Part shown: piece after piece, positions 30,201-38,786 of the stretch | Layout of the letters: the number at the start of each line of letters is the position of its first letter | Numbering within the stretch: the stretch's first letter is position 1 | Assembly: GCA_037129875.1 (NCBI GenBank) | Contig: JBAXUD010000001.1 | Span: forward strand, 1-41,312 | Direction: 5' to 3' | Origin: Mycobacteriaceae bacterium | GTDB lineage: Bacteria; Actinomycetota; Actinomycetes; Mycobacteriales; Mycobacteriaceae | Length of the DNA: 41,312 nt | Made by a program: the position numbers and the translations under genes | The notes under the pieces: generated by a model | Seen by the model: only the letters and a program-made list of their open reading frames with translations | What the model was told of the DNA's origin: nothing | Database searches by the model: none

Positions 30201-33200
30201 CACGACGAGGCTGTCGCCCTGGCCCGAGACGCGGTCGCCGTCGCCGCCTGCACCGACCTGGTGCTCGATCACGCCGACGCCTGCCTCGCGCTGAGCCGGG
30301 TGCTGGCCGCGGCTGATGACGAGCGAGCGGCGGCGAACGCCCGGCGCGACGCCGAATCGCTTTATGCGGCAAAGGATGCGGTGATCACGACCAGGCGGGC
30401 TACCGAATCCGCCGTGGCACACACCGCTGCGCCCCCGCCCGACCCTTCCAAGACGTCACGGCTGACTACGGTCAATCGCGCGTCCGAGATCCTCGAGCCG
30501 GTTTTGAGAGGAATCCAACCGAGCTATTCGGATAGCTTCGTTTACGACGATCGGCGCAGGTTAAGCGGCGAGCCGATAATTGGCGGCGACAAATTTCAAG
30601 CAGCGAGGGTGCGCAAGCTCGAACAGTATCCACACGCCGAGGGGCGCACGCTCGCGGTGCGTGGCGAGACGCTGATACTCATCGCGCTTCATTGGTCGGA
30701 TGACACCGGGAACGAGACCACGTCACTCGATCTGTTTGAGGTCGACGGGGACGCGTTATTGAGCTATCACGGCCGTTTCGACGAGGACGACTTCGAGAGC
30801 GCGTACCGAGAACTCGAACGGCGCTACTACGCCGGCGAGGGCGCGCCGTTCGCGGAGAACGGTCGAAAGGTCAGCGCCTGGTTGGACGCGATGTGGCGAC
30901 ATGACGTCGAGGCGGCGCGTCGAGTTGCACGTCCCGACTTCCGTTGGCTGGCGCCAGCGTCCGCCCTGAAACCCGTTGAGCGGTCAGTCGACCAGTTCTT
31001 CCAGTGGATGGATGAACGGGCGCAACAGCTGTCCTCCCTGCGGCCGTGGTTGGCCACCATGCGGTGGCTGTCCCCGAACTGCTACGTCGCGCTCAACGAG
31101 GTGCGGGGAACCGGATCCGACGGCGAAGAGTACCGCTGGAATCGAATCTACGTCTCCCAGTACCGCGACGGTTTGGCGGCATCCGTGCGGGAGTTCGACG
31201 TGGAGGACGAGGATCAGGCGTTCGCCTACGCGCAGACCCTGGTCGCGCCGCGGGCCAGTCGGCTCGCCGTCAGCAACCGCGCCAGCGAGATTCTCGAGGC
31301 CGGTTGGCGGGCGATGAAAGCCGGGGACGCAGATGGCGTCGTCGCGGCCTTTTCGGACGGGTACGTGTTGGACGATCGGCGACGTTGGTCCGGTGACCCG
31401 ATTGCCGACAGCGACGGGTTGCGGACAGCCACCCAGCGCCACAACGCCCAATACCCCCATGTCGAATGGCGCACGCTGGCGGTACGTGGCGAAACCTTGG
31501 CCCTGTCCTGGGCCCGCTTCTCGGACGACGCCGGGAACGAGACCACGTCACTCGACATAGTCGAGGTCGGCGGCGACGGGCTGGCTTCCTATTTCGGCCG
31601 TTTCGATGAGGACGACTTCGAGGACGCGTACCGCGAGCTTGAGTTGCGTTACTACGCCGGCGAGGGCGCGCCATTCGCGAACTCGGGTATGCAATCGTTT
31701 GCCGTTGCCGTCGCGATGAACCGGGGCGACTTCGACGCCATGTTCAACGAGCTCAGCCAGCCTGATATCCGTTTCCAGAACCGTTCCCACTCGGTCTTTC
31801 CTGACCGCTCGGCCGCCGAACTGCGCGCGAGCTTCGAAGAGCTCTACTCCATGGTCTCGTCGGTGCAGTCACGGTTCTCGGCTGTCCGCTGGATGTCGCC
31901 GACATTGATGGTGGGTCGTCTCGACCGCGAGGCAGTCGGCCGCGACGGCGAGCAGTACACGTGGACGCGAATTCTGGTGAACCAGTTCCGCGACGGTCTG
32001 CTCGCCTCGACCTGCGAATTCGAGCACGACGACGAGGATCAGGCGTTCGCCTACGCGCAGACCCTCGTCGCGCCCCGGCCCAGCCGGCTCGCCGTCAGCA
32101 ATAGCGCCAGGGAGGTGGGGTACGGCGTTATCGCGGCGGCGCAAGCCCGTGACATCGACGCAGCCGTCGCGGCCTACTCGGATCAGTTCGTGTACGACGA
32201 TCGTCGACGACTCAGTGGTGACCCGATCGTTGACCTCGCAGGAGTACGGGCCGCCCACGAGCGCCTTTGGGGGCAATACAGCCGCTTCGAGGTGCGTACG
32301 TTGGCCATCCGCGGCGAGCGATTGCACCTGGCGCACTATCGCTGGTCTGACGACGCCGGGAACCAGTCATCCGGACTTGGCTTAAATGAGATCGGCGACG
32401 ACGGTCGGATCATCCACGAAACCCGGTTCGACGAGGACGACTTCGAAGGGGCATATGCAGAACTCGAGCACCGCTACTACGCCGGCGAGGGCGCGCTGTA
32501 CGCGATCAGCGGCCGGGCGGCGACCGACTGGGTGGCGGCGATCGGCCGAAGGGACGTCGAGGCTGCGCGTCGGGTCTCGCAGCCTGACTTTCGTTGGTCA
32601 GCGCCGCCGTCGGCGCTGAAAGCCGGCGAGCGGTCCATCGACGACATTTTCCAGTGGATGCAGGAACGGGGGCGCCAGGTGTCTTCTCAGCGCCATTCGG
32701 TTCTCGTCCAACGGTGGCTGTCACCGAACATTGCTGTCGGACTTGGCGAAGTCTCCGCAGTCGGACACGACGGCGAAGAGTTCGAGTGGAATCTCGCGTT
32801 CGTGGCCCAGTGCCGCGACGGACTGCTCGCGTCGATAAAGGAGTTCGACGCCGAGGACGAAGACGCGGCATTCGCGTACGCCGAGAAGCTCGTCGCCCAG
32901 CAGGCGAGCCGGATGGTGGTCAAAAACGCTGCGTCCCAGGCGCTGGACAGGCTCATCACAGCGATGCTGGCGCACGACGTCGACACCGCTGTCAGGCTCT
33001 ACTCGGAGCGGTTTATTTATGGCGACCGGCGCGGACTAAGTGGTGCCCCGATCATCGACCATGCCCAGGCACGGGCGGCCGCGCGCCGAATCCTTTCTCA
33101 GTACAACCATTTCCAGGGAGGCACGCTCGCCGTTCGGGGTGAGTGTCTGCAACTGTCCTGGAGCCGGTGGTCCGATGATGCCGGGAACGAGACCGCTCAT

Positions 33201-35384
33201 CTGCACGTGGTGGAGGTCGACGATGACGGCCGGATCGAATTCGATGGCCGTTTCGACGAGGACGACTTCGAAGGCGCGTACCGGGAACTGGAGCACCGCT
33301 ACTACGCCGGCGAGGGCGCGGACTTCGTGGAGGCGGGCACCCCCTTGACGGACGTCATCATCGCGGTCAACCGTGGCGAGTTGGACCGAGCGTTCGGCGA
33401 AATCCTTGTGCCCGGAATTCACATCGAGAGCCGCTCCCACTCGATCTTTCCCAGCCGCACGGCAGCTGAAGTTGTTGACAGCGTCGGGGAACTCGGCGGA
33501 ATGGTCGCCTCGCTACGTGCGTGGTTCTCGGCCGTGTGCTGGGTATCGCCCAATTGGGTCATCGCCCGCCACGAACGCGAGGCTGTCGGGCGGGACGGCG
33601 AACGATACGCATGGGTACGGCTGTACGTGGCTGAGCTCCGCGCCGCGCTCGTTGCGTCCGTCTGCGAGTTCGACGTCGAGGACGAGGAGCAGGCCTTCAC
33701 TTACGCCGAGGAGCGCATGCGCGCGTCCGCAAGCCGGCTGGCTGTGACCAACCGGGCCAGCGAAGTTGGGGACGGCGTTATCAGGGCGCTGCGAGCCCGA
33801 GACGTCGACGCCGCCGTCGGGGCCTACTCGGATCAGGCCGAATACGACGATCGTCGACGATGGTGGAGTGGTGACCCGATCCGCGACCGCGCAGGAATGC
33901 GGGCCGCCTTCGAGCACATCTGCGCGCAGTACAGCCGCTTCGACGGGCGCATGTTGGCCGTCCGCGGTGAACGGCTGTATCTCGCGCACTACCACTGGTC
34001 CGACGACGCCGGGAACCAGACATCCGGACTCGCCCTCGCTGAAATCGGTGACTACGGGCGGATCACCTATGACGGCCGATTCGACGAGGACGACTTCGAG
34101 AGCGCCTACCGAGAACTCGAACAGCGCTACTACGCAGGCGAAGGCTTGGAATTCGCGGCGAACGGCCGAAAGATGACCAGCTTCCTGGAGGCGATGGACG
34201 CTCTCGACGTCGAGGCGGCCCGAGGGGTGTGCCTGCCCGCGTTCAGATGGTTCACCCCGCCCTCGACCTTGACTGCGCAGGAGCGGTCACTCGATGAGTT
34301 CTTCACATGGGTTCAGGAACGCGCCGGTCAGGTGTCCTCGGTCAAGAACTTCGGTTCTGTCATCCGGTGGCTCTCGCCGACATGTTTCATCGCTCTCGGC
34401 GACGTTAGGGCGACCGGAGCTGACGGCGAGCAGTACGGGTGGGCACGACTCTACGTCGGCGAGTTCCGCGGCGGGCTGTTCGCATCCATGCGGCAGTTCG
34501 AGGATGAAGAGGCGGCGTTCGCCTACGCGCAGGAGCGCATGCGGACGGCCGGCAGCCGGCCGGCAGTCGCCAACCGGGCCAGCGACTCGGTCGAGGGCCT
34601 GATCCGGGCGATCGAGCTCCGCGATTTCGATGCGGCTCTCGAGTACTACTCGGATCACTATGTATTCGACGATCGCCGACCATTGAGCGGTGAACGGATC
34701 CGGGGCAAGGCCGCCATGCGGGCGGCGATTGAACGAATAATCCAACAGTTCAATCGCTTCGAAATGCGAGTATTGGCGGCGCGGGGTGAGCGATTGACGC
34801 TGTGGTGGAGCCGGTGGTCCGACGACGCGGGGAACGAGTCGGCTCACCTCCACGTGTTCGAAATCGGCGACGACGGCCGTATCACCCGTGACTGCCGTTT
34901 CGACCAGAAGGATTTCGAAGGCGCGTACCAAGAGCTGGAGCAGCGCTACTACGCAGGCGAGGGTGCGCCGTTCGCGGAATCGGGATCGTTGGCGGCTGAA
35001 TATGTGTTCGCGTTGAACCGGGGCGACTTCGACAGGATATTCAGCGAACTCAGCTCTCCCGACAGCCGGGTCGAGAACCGTTCCCGCTCAGGCTTGCCCG
35101 ACCGCTCGGCGGCAGAACTCCGCGCCAGCCTGGAGGAACTCGAAACCATGTTCGCCTCGGTGCGCGCGTGGTTCTCGAAGGTCCGCTGGTTGTCACCGAG
35201 TTTATTCGTCGGCCGCATCGACCGCGAAGCGCTCGGACGCGACGGCGAGCGGTACGTCTGGGCGCGGGTTCTCGTGGTGACACTCTCCGGCCGAATCGAC
35301 TTGATCTACGATTTCGACGCCGATGACGAGGCGGCAGCCTTCGCCTACGCCGAGGAGCGTGTGCGCGAAACCGGGCATGGCTAA
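27231..35384 (+). CDS. Giant NLR-like protein: double Zn ribbon + class III nucleotidyl cyclase + STAND (AAA_16-like) ATPase + helical/TPR-like region + 12 NTF2/SnoaL-like domains
   Basis: Four CxxC motifs; FADLAGST, KYIGDG, GDALNVGAR; GEPGVGKS, LVLDDIQWAD, GGNPLF, FHHVLIRDVAY; six C-terminal ~275-aa repeat units. The NTF2 fold call is inferred from size and pattern. Confidence 0.85.
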   Translation: MAGLACASCGAPNESDARFCEGCGSLLDRSCETCGAPANATARFCRACGAPLNDRAGPAPESPTRKTVTVLFADLAGSTSFEEQVDAETTREVIGQYHDLLRSTADRHRAGVTKYIGDGFMAVWGVPEVGADDAGHAVDAAVELQERFVDLAARVADAHGVDLALRVAVNTGEVVVGAGDADLVGDALNVGARLESECPHGHVVVGEETWRSTRGRHRYEPLGQVHVKGRATPVAVYQWLGGRSETADTVAFVGRADEFQRLRKVFDDAVAARAVRLVTVLGEPGVGKSRLAAEFAGAQPGGRVIQAYCVAEGTVALAPIVEVLRTRDLDADVPAGVPERDRILRDLSGLTAGLAGSVEENFWALRHFVEVLASEGPLILVLDDIQWADTLLLDFVEHLAEWLRDVPVLILALARPELREVRPDLFTAGGWVSDALRLRGLGPDATAELAARVLGSDRLPAELLGRLPSSTGGNPLFVRELVGMLAHDGVLVAKPEGWRLTIDVDAIAVPPTIQALLASRLERMNTADRRVLEIASVIGTDFSPDVVCALGRTGAAEVKNSLDRLRRRELAQPSGAYIGDEPVWRFHHVLIRDVAYRRLLKSDRADLHERLADWVQAGGANGAFESDELVARNLEAAHGYRCDLGARDAGTHELALRSARSYLASARRALDRDELVSAGTQAARGAALASADHDLHADLLLVGCEAFLSAGDVAAAAPLVDDLERIADDALVPWATCYRCQFIVYTDPTRLPEVDARLHDPIEEFGRRRDAAGLAKAHRVRAGARGRLGRIGDCEVDLFEALIAARQGGDHRQITAALGAAPNAALWGPSPVPKAGGRCLDVVRMQRMTTAAPSLEATSLRCLAVLELLRGRPDKARSMLADARQIVADLGLRHGLMETELFAGIIELMVGDPVAAEPHFRTALEGLDALGAGADAGQAAALLARSVLAQGRIDEADRYAAESERIAGHNLKTAIAWRAVRAEILSAQGRHDEAVALARDAVAVAACTDLVLDHADACLALSRVLAAADDERAAANARRDAESLYAAKDAVITTRRATESAVAHTAAPPPDPSKTSRLTTVNRASEILEPVLRGIQPSYSDSFVYDDRRRLSGEPIIGGDKFQAARVRKLEQYPHAEGRTLAVRGETLILIALHWSDDTGNETTSLDLFEVDGDALLSYHGRFDEDDFESAYRELERRYYAGEGAPFAENGRKVSAWLDAMWRHDVEAARRVARPDFRWLAPASALKPVERSVDQFFQWMDERAQQLSSLRPWLATMRWLSPNCYVALNEVRGTGSDGEEYRWNRIYVSQYRDGLAASVREFDVEDEDQAFAYAQTLVAPRASRLAVSNRASEILEAGWRAMKAGDADGVVAAFSDGYVLDDRRRWSGDPIADSDGLRTATQRHNAQYPHVEWRTLAVRGETLALSWARFSDDAGNETTSLDIVEVGGDGLASYFGRFDEDDFEDAYRELELRYYAGEGAPFANSGMQSFAVAVAMNRGDFDAMFNELSQPDIRFQNRSHSVFPDRSAAELRASFEELYSMVSSVQSRFSAVRWMSPTLMVGRLDREAVGRDGEQYTWTRILVNQFRDGLLASTCEFEHDDEDQAFAYAQTLVAPRPSRLAVSNSAREVGYGVIAAAQARDIDAAVAAYSDQFVYDDRRRLSGDPIVDLAGVRAAHERLWGQYSRFEVRTLAIRGERLHLAHYRWSDDAGNQSSGLGLNEIGDDGRIIHETRFDEDDFEGAYAELEHRYYAGEGALYAISGRAATDWVAAIGRRDVEAARRVSQPDFRWSAPPSALKAGERSIDDIFQWMQERGRQVSSQRHSVLVQRWLSPNIAVGLGEVSAVGHDGEEFEWNLAFVAQCRDGLLASIKEFDAEDEDAAFAYAEKLVAQQASRMVVKNAASQALDRLITAMLAHDVDTAVRLYSERFIYGDRRGLSGAPIIDHAQARAAARRILSQYNHFQGGTLAVRGECLQLSWSRWSDDAGNETAHLHVVEVDDDGRIEFDGRFDEDDFEGAYRELEHRYYAGEGADFVEAGTPLTDVIIAVNRGELDRAFGEILVPGIHIESRSHSIFPSRTAAEVVDSVGELGGMVASLRAWFSAVCWVSPNWVIARHEREAVGRDGERYAWVRLYVAELRAALVASVCEFDVEDEEQAFTYAEERMRASASRLAVTNRASEVGDGVIRALRARDVDAAVGAYSDQAEYDDRRRWWSGDPIRDRAGMRAAFEHICAQYSRFDGRMLAVRGERLYLAHYHWSDDAGNQTSGLALAEIGDYGRITYDGRFDEDDFESAYRELEQRYYAGEGLEFAANGRKMTSFLEAMDALDVEAARGVCLPAFRWFTPPSTLTAQERSLDEFFTWVQERAGQVSSVKNFGSVIRWLSPTCFIALGDVRATGADGEQYGWARLYVGEFRGGLFASMRQFEDEEAAFAYAQERMRTAGSRPAVANRASDSVEGLIRAIELRDFDAALEYYSDHYVFDDRRPLSGERIRGKAAMRAAIERIIQQFNRFEMRVLAARGERLTLWWSRWSDDAGNESAHLHVFEIGDDGRITRDCRFDQKDFEGAYQELEQRYYAGEGAPFAESGSLAAEYVFALNRGDFDRIFSELSSPDSRVENRSRSGLPDRSAAELRASLEELETMFASVRAWFSKVRWLSPSLFVGRIDREALGRDGERYVWARVLVVTLSGRIDLIYDFDADDEAAAFAYAEERVRETGHG
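30456..35381 (+). repeat. Intragenic tandem array of six ~825-bp units
   Basis: TACTACGC(C/A)GGCGA anchor at 30825, 31650, 32475, 33300, 34128, 34947 (periods 825, 825, 825, 828, 819). Confidence 0.95.
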
Positions 35385-35387
35385 CGG

Positions 35388-38300
35388 CTACGGCATCTCT
35401 TCCGCCCAGCCGATATGGCCCTCGAACCCAAGGGTTTCGGCCATGTCGCGGTAGCGATCCCGATAGTCGCGATAAGCAACGTCGTCGCCGTATGCCCGCG
35501 CCAGCAGGGCATGCATTCGCAGCAGCCAGATGTCGCGCATCGCCGCACCGTCGGGGGCCGGTACCGCCGCCAAACGCTGGACTGCGGCCTCGGCTTCGGC
35601 GACATCGGCTTGGGTGCCGCGATCGATCAGTGTCTCCACCAGAACACCGGTCGCGATAATGCCGTATCCCCGCAGTTGTCCCTCGCGGATCACGTCGCCG
35701 AGGGCGGCACGCATGAGCGCTAGGGCACTATCCCGCTCTCCGTTTCGGGCCCTCTCACGTGCCGCGTAGACAGTGACCATCGGTAGATCGCCGAGGTGGT
35801 GTTCTTCGCGCTGGAACACCTCCCCGACCTCGGCGAGGAGCCTTTGTCCGCGGTCACGCTCCGCCGCCGTTGAGCGGTGCACCAGTGCCAGGCCAAGGGT
35901 CACCAAGACGTGCGACAGCGCGAAGTCGTCGCCGGCGCGTTCGGCAATGCGGACGGCGTCCTCTATCTCGCGCACCACGGAATCGTCGGATCTCAGCACG
36001 CCGAAGGGGATTCCCGCCCCGACGACGTAGGTCATGGCCCCCGCGTAGGTCGTGAGGTCGGAGTCGCGGGCCATGTCCAGGCCCTGTTGCAGGTCGTCGC
36101 GCCACCCGGGATACCCCAGGAAGTAACGAGAGATCGCCCGCGTCGCTAAGGCCAGCGCCAACGGGGACCCGATAAACATGTTGCTCTTGGACGGGTCGCC
36201 TGCGGCCAGGTCGATCACTCGCTGCGACCAGCGCAGCATGTCCGGAAATTCAGCGCTCTCAAACTTGGCGTACATCAGCAGGGCGGAAAGACCAACGGCC
36301 AGTGCGGGGTCATCCACGGACTCGGTCAACGCCCAGGCTTCCGACGCCAGCCGCGAGGCCTCGCGTATTCGGCCGCGATAGGCGTGATCGCCGACCAGGC
36401 CAGCCATGGCGATGGCCAGCGACGCGGTGTCCCCGGCGACGGCACACAACTCCCGCAACTCCTCAAAGCGGTGGCCGGCAACACTCGCATGGGTCCGCCA
36501 GGCGATACCACAGAGCATGGTGCGCGGTGAGATGCTCATTGCGGTGCGGTTGGGATGATCGGGCGGTAGGACGTCGGAGATCTCTTGGGCGCGTTCCCAA
36601 CTCAGACGGGCGGCGTTGATGTCGCGGTTGGTGGCCCAGGTTGCGGCACGCATGTGCCAGCTGTAGGCGGCGTGCAGCTCACCGCCAGCCTCCAGGTGCT
36701 CGGCGATCAGCGCCGCGTCCTGGTCGCCTACGCCCCGCGTCTCGATAGCGGCCGCCACTCGGCGATGTAGCTCGGCGCGATCGGCTTTCAGCTGTGATTC
36801 GTAGGCCACCGTGCGGATCAGCGGGTGGTGGAACACATACTCGGGGTGTCGGGTGAAGGTGCTCTGATCGATGAACTCGCCGCGCACCAAGTCGTGCAGG
36901 ACAGGATCAATCCCCAGCGTTTCCAGGAGTTCCCCGCTGAACCGGAAGCCGATGACCGCCGCCGCGCTCAGGGTGCGCTTGGCCCCCGGATCGAGGCGGT
37001 CGATGCGGGCGGCAATGGTCGCCTGGAGGCTGGCCGGCACACCCGCCTCGGCGGCCTCGGCACTCGCCACATAGGCGCCGCGATGGCCCACCAGCACCCC
37101 TCGCTCGGCCAGGTCGCGCACCAGCTCCTCAACGAAAAACGGATTACCGGCGGCTCTTTCGGCAATCGAGCTGACCACCCCCTCGACCGAGGGATCCGGC
37201 CCGACCCTGTCACTGACCAGTGCTCTGGTCTCCGAATCACTCAGCGGGGCTAAGGCAATGCTCTGCGCGCCAACGACCCGGCTCAACGCTCCGTCGTATT
37301 CGGGGCGGTAGGTGACCAAGACCAGCGAGTGGGTCTGAGGGATCACCGTGAGAAAGTCTGCCAGCATCGATTCGCTGACCTCGTCGATCCAGTGCGCGTC
37401 CTCGATGACGTAGACCGCGGGGGAATCACGGGCCAGCGAGGCGGAATTGACCAGTGCGGTCAGCCGTCGCCGGCGTGCATCCGGATCAATCTTGGGTAAC
37501 TCGACATCCGGGTCACCGATGCCCAGAAGATCGTCGACGAGGAGGAGGTCCTCGGGGTCAGCGTCGGGGACGCGCCCCCGCACCTGCGCCCTGGCGGCTG
37601 GGCCGTCCACACCCCGGGCACCGACGATATCCCTCAACAACCGCGCCACCACCCGGAACGGGATGTCGGTGGCGTGGGATTCGCAGTAGGTGGAAAACAC
37701 CTCGACATCGCGGGTCTCAGCCATCGCGGTCATCTCGCGGACCAGTCGGCTCTTACCGATACCCGGCGAACCCACCATCGTGACCACCCCGCCCTGGCCA
37801 TCGATGGCACGCTCCAACAGAGCCTGCACCGCGCCCATCTCCCAACGCCGACCCACCAGGGCCGACTCCGGGGCCGCAGCGAGGTGATCACGGTCGGGGA
37901 CAACCAGTAATCGCCGGGCAACCACCGGCTCGTCGTTGCCCTTGATGTGGACCAACTCTGGTTCACCCAGGGCCGCAACGTGTTCGACCAGCCGCGCGGT
38001 GGAGGCGCTGAGCATCACCCCACCCGGCGGAGCCACCGACTCCATCCGCTGCGCCAAACCGACCTGCTCACCGATCGCGGTGTAACCCGCTGCACCCGAA
38101 CCGATCTCGCCGGCGATCACCTCCCCCGAGTTCAACCCGACCCGCAACGCAAGATCAACCCCATCCCGGCGGGCCACCTCGCCAACCAGATCAGCCACCG
38201 TGGTGTGAATCTCCAGCGCAGCCCGACACGCCCGCAACGCGTGATCCTCCAACGCCACCGGCGCCCCGAACAGCGCCATGATGCCGTCACCGGTGAACTT

Positions 38301-38561
38301 GTCCACCCTGCCGCCATAGCGGCGCACCACCGCGGCCGCCCGATCGACCAGCCCGGCCATGATCTCGCGCAACCGCTCCGGTCCCACCGCTGCCGCGATA
38401 TCCATCGAATGCACCACATCGGCGAACAACACCGTCACCTGCTTGAACTCGGCGTGGCCTCGGGCGGCGCTCAGCGGCGAACCGCAGCCATCACAGAACC
38501 GAGCGTCGGCGCGCAGAGGTGACACTCCACAGGACACGCATACCGATCCGGTTGCGGCCAC
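35388..38561 (-). CDS. Zn ribbon + class III adenylate/guanylate cyclase + STAND ATPase + helical C-terminus (mycobacterial cyclase-NTPase family)
   Basis: CVSC..FCDGC, FADVVHS, KFTGDG, GSPGIGKS, VIEDAHWID, AGNPFF, FHHPLIRTVAY; GGGAGG RBS before GTG 38561. Confidence 0.9.
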   Translation of the reverse strand: MAATGSVCVSCGVSPLRADARFCDGCGSPLSAARGHAEFKQVTVLFADVVHSMDIAAAVGPERLREIMAGLVDRAAAVVRRYGGRVDKFTGDGIMALFGAPVALEDHALRACRAALEIHTTVADLVGEVARRDGVDLALRVGLNSGEVIAGEIGSGAAGYTAIGEQVGLAQRMESVAPPGGVMLSASTARLVEHVAALGEPELVHIKGNDEPVVARRLLVVPDRDHLAAAPESALVGRRWEMGAVQALLERAIDGQGGVVTMVGSPGIGKSRLVREMTAMAETRDVEVFSTYCESHATDIPFRVVARLLRDIVGARGVDGPAARAQVRGRVPDADPEDLLLVDDLLGIGDPDVELPKIDPDARRRRLTALVNSASLARDSPAVYVIEDAHWIDEVSESMLADFLTVIPQTHSLVLVTYRPEYDGALSRVVGAQSIALAPLSDSETRALVSDRVGPDPSVEGVVSSIAERAAGNPFFVEELVRDLAERGVLVGHRGAYVASAEAAEAGVPASLQATIAARIDRLDPGAKRTLSAAAVIGFRFSGELLETLGIDPVLHDLVRGEFIDQSTFTRHPEYVFHHPLIRTVAYESQLKADRAELHRRVAAAIETRGVGDQDAALIAEHLEAGGELHAAYSWHMRAATWATNRDINAARLSWERAQEISDVLPPDHPNRTAMSISPRTMLCGIAWRTHASVAGHRFEELRELCAVAGDTASLAIAMAGLVGDHAYRGRIREASRLASEAWALTESVDDPALAVGLSALLMYAKFESAEFPDMLRWSQRVIDLAAGDPSKSNMFIGSPLALALATRAISRYFLGYPGWRDDLQQGLDMARDSDLTTYAGAMTYVVGAGIPFGVLRSDDSVVREIEDAVRIAERAGDDFALSHVLVTLGLALVHRSTAAERDRGQRLLAEVGEVFQREEHHLGDLPMVTVYAARERARNGERDSALALMRAALGDVIREGQLRGYGIIATGVLVETLIDRGTQADVAEAEAAVQRLAAVPAPDGAAMRDIWLLRMHALLARAYGDDVAYRDYRDRYRDMAETLGFEGHIGWAEEMP

Positions 38562-38669
38562 CTGCCCCTCCCGCGGGTTGTGAACGCACGACGGTCTCAG
38601 CGTAGGGGTCATTCCGATGGCCCGACGGGCGATCAGCGGCCACGGATACCGGCGAGTGCGGGGCAACGC

Positions 38670-38786
38670 GCAATCGAGTGGTCCGCCACTCTAGGCCCAC
38701 CACCCTCTCGGGCCGACGCTGAACTCATCGGTGTCGCGCGGTCGACACCACGAGGCAAGGAGTCCCGTCGCCATGGTCGCCACCCG
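38670..38786 (+). repeat. Diverged direct repeat, copy 2 (divergent promoter region and start of the P450)
   Basis: Aligns to 25955-26066; contains GAGTGG-TCCG-CCACTC inverted repeat and GGTGTCG/CGACACC hairpin. Confidence 0.8.

Noticed and set aside
30456-35381. Regular repeats as a CRISPR array or mobile element
   Set aside because: Period is ~825 bp, always a multiple of 3, and lies within one ORF; no cas genes, short spacers or transposase
27231-35384. Assignment to a named Avs/CBASS/Pycsar defence system
   Set aside because: No cognate effector (nuclease, TIR, cNMP-binding TM protein) in the window; neighbours are metabolic, so a defence role is speculative
25955-38786. Direct repeats as attL/attR of an integrative element
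   Set aside because: Copies are only ~70% identical, and no integrase or tRNA target is present
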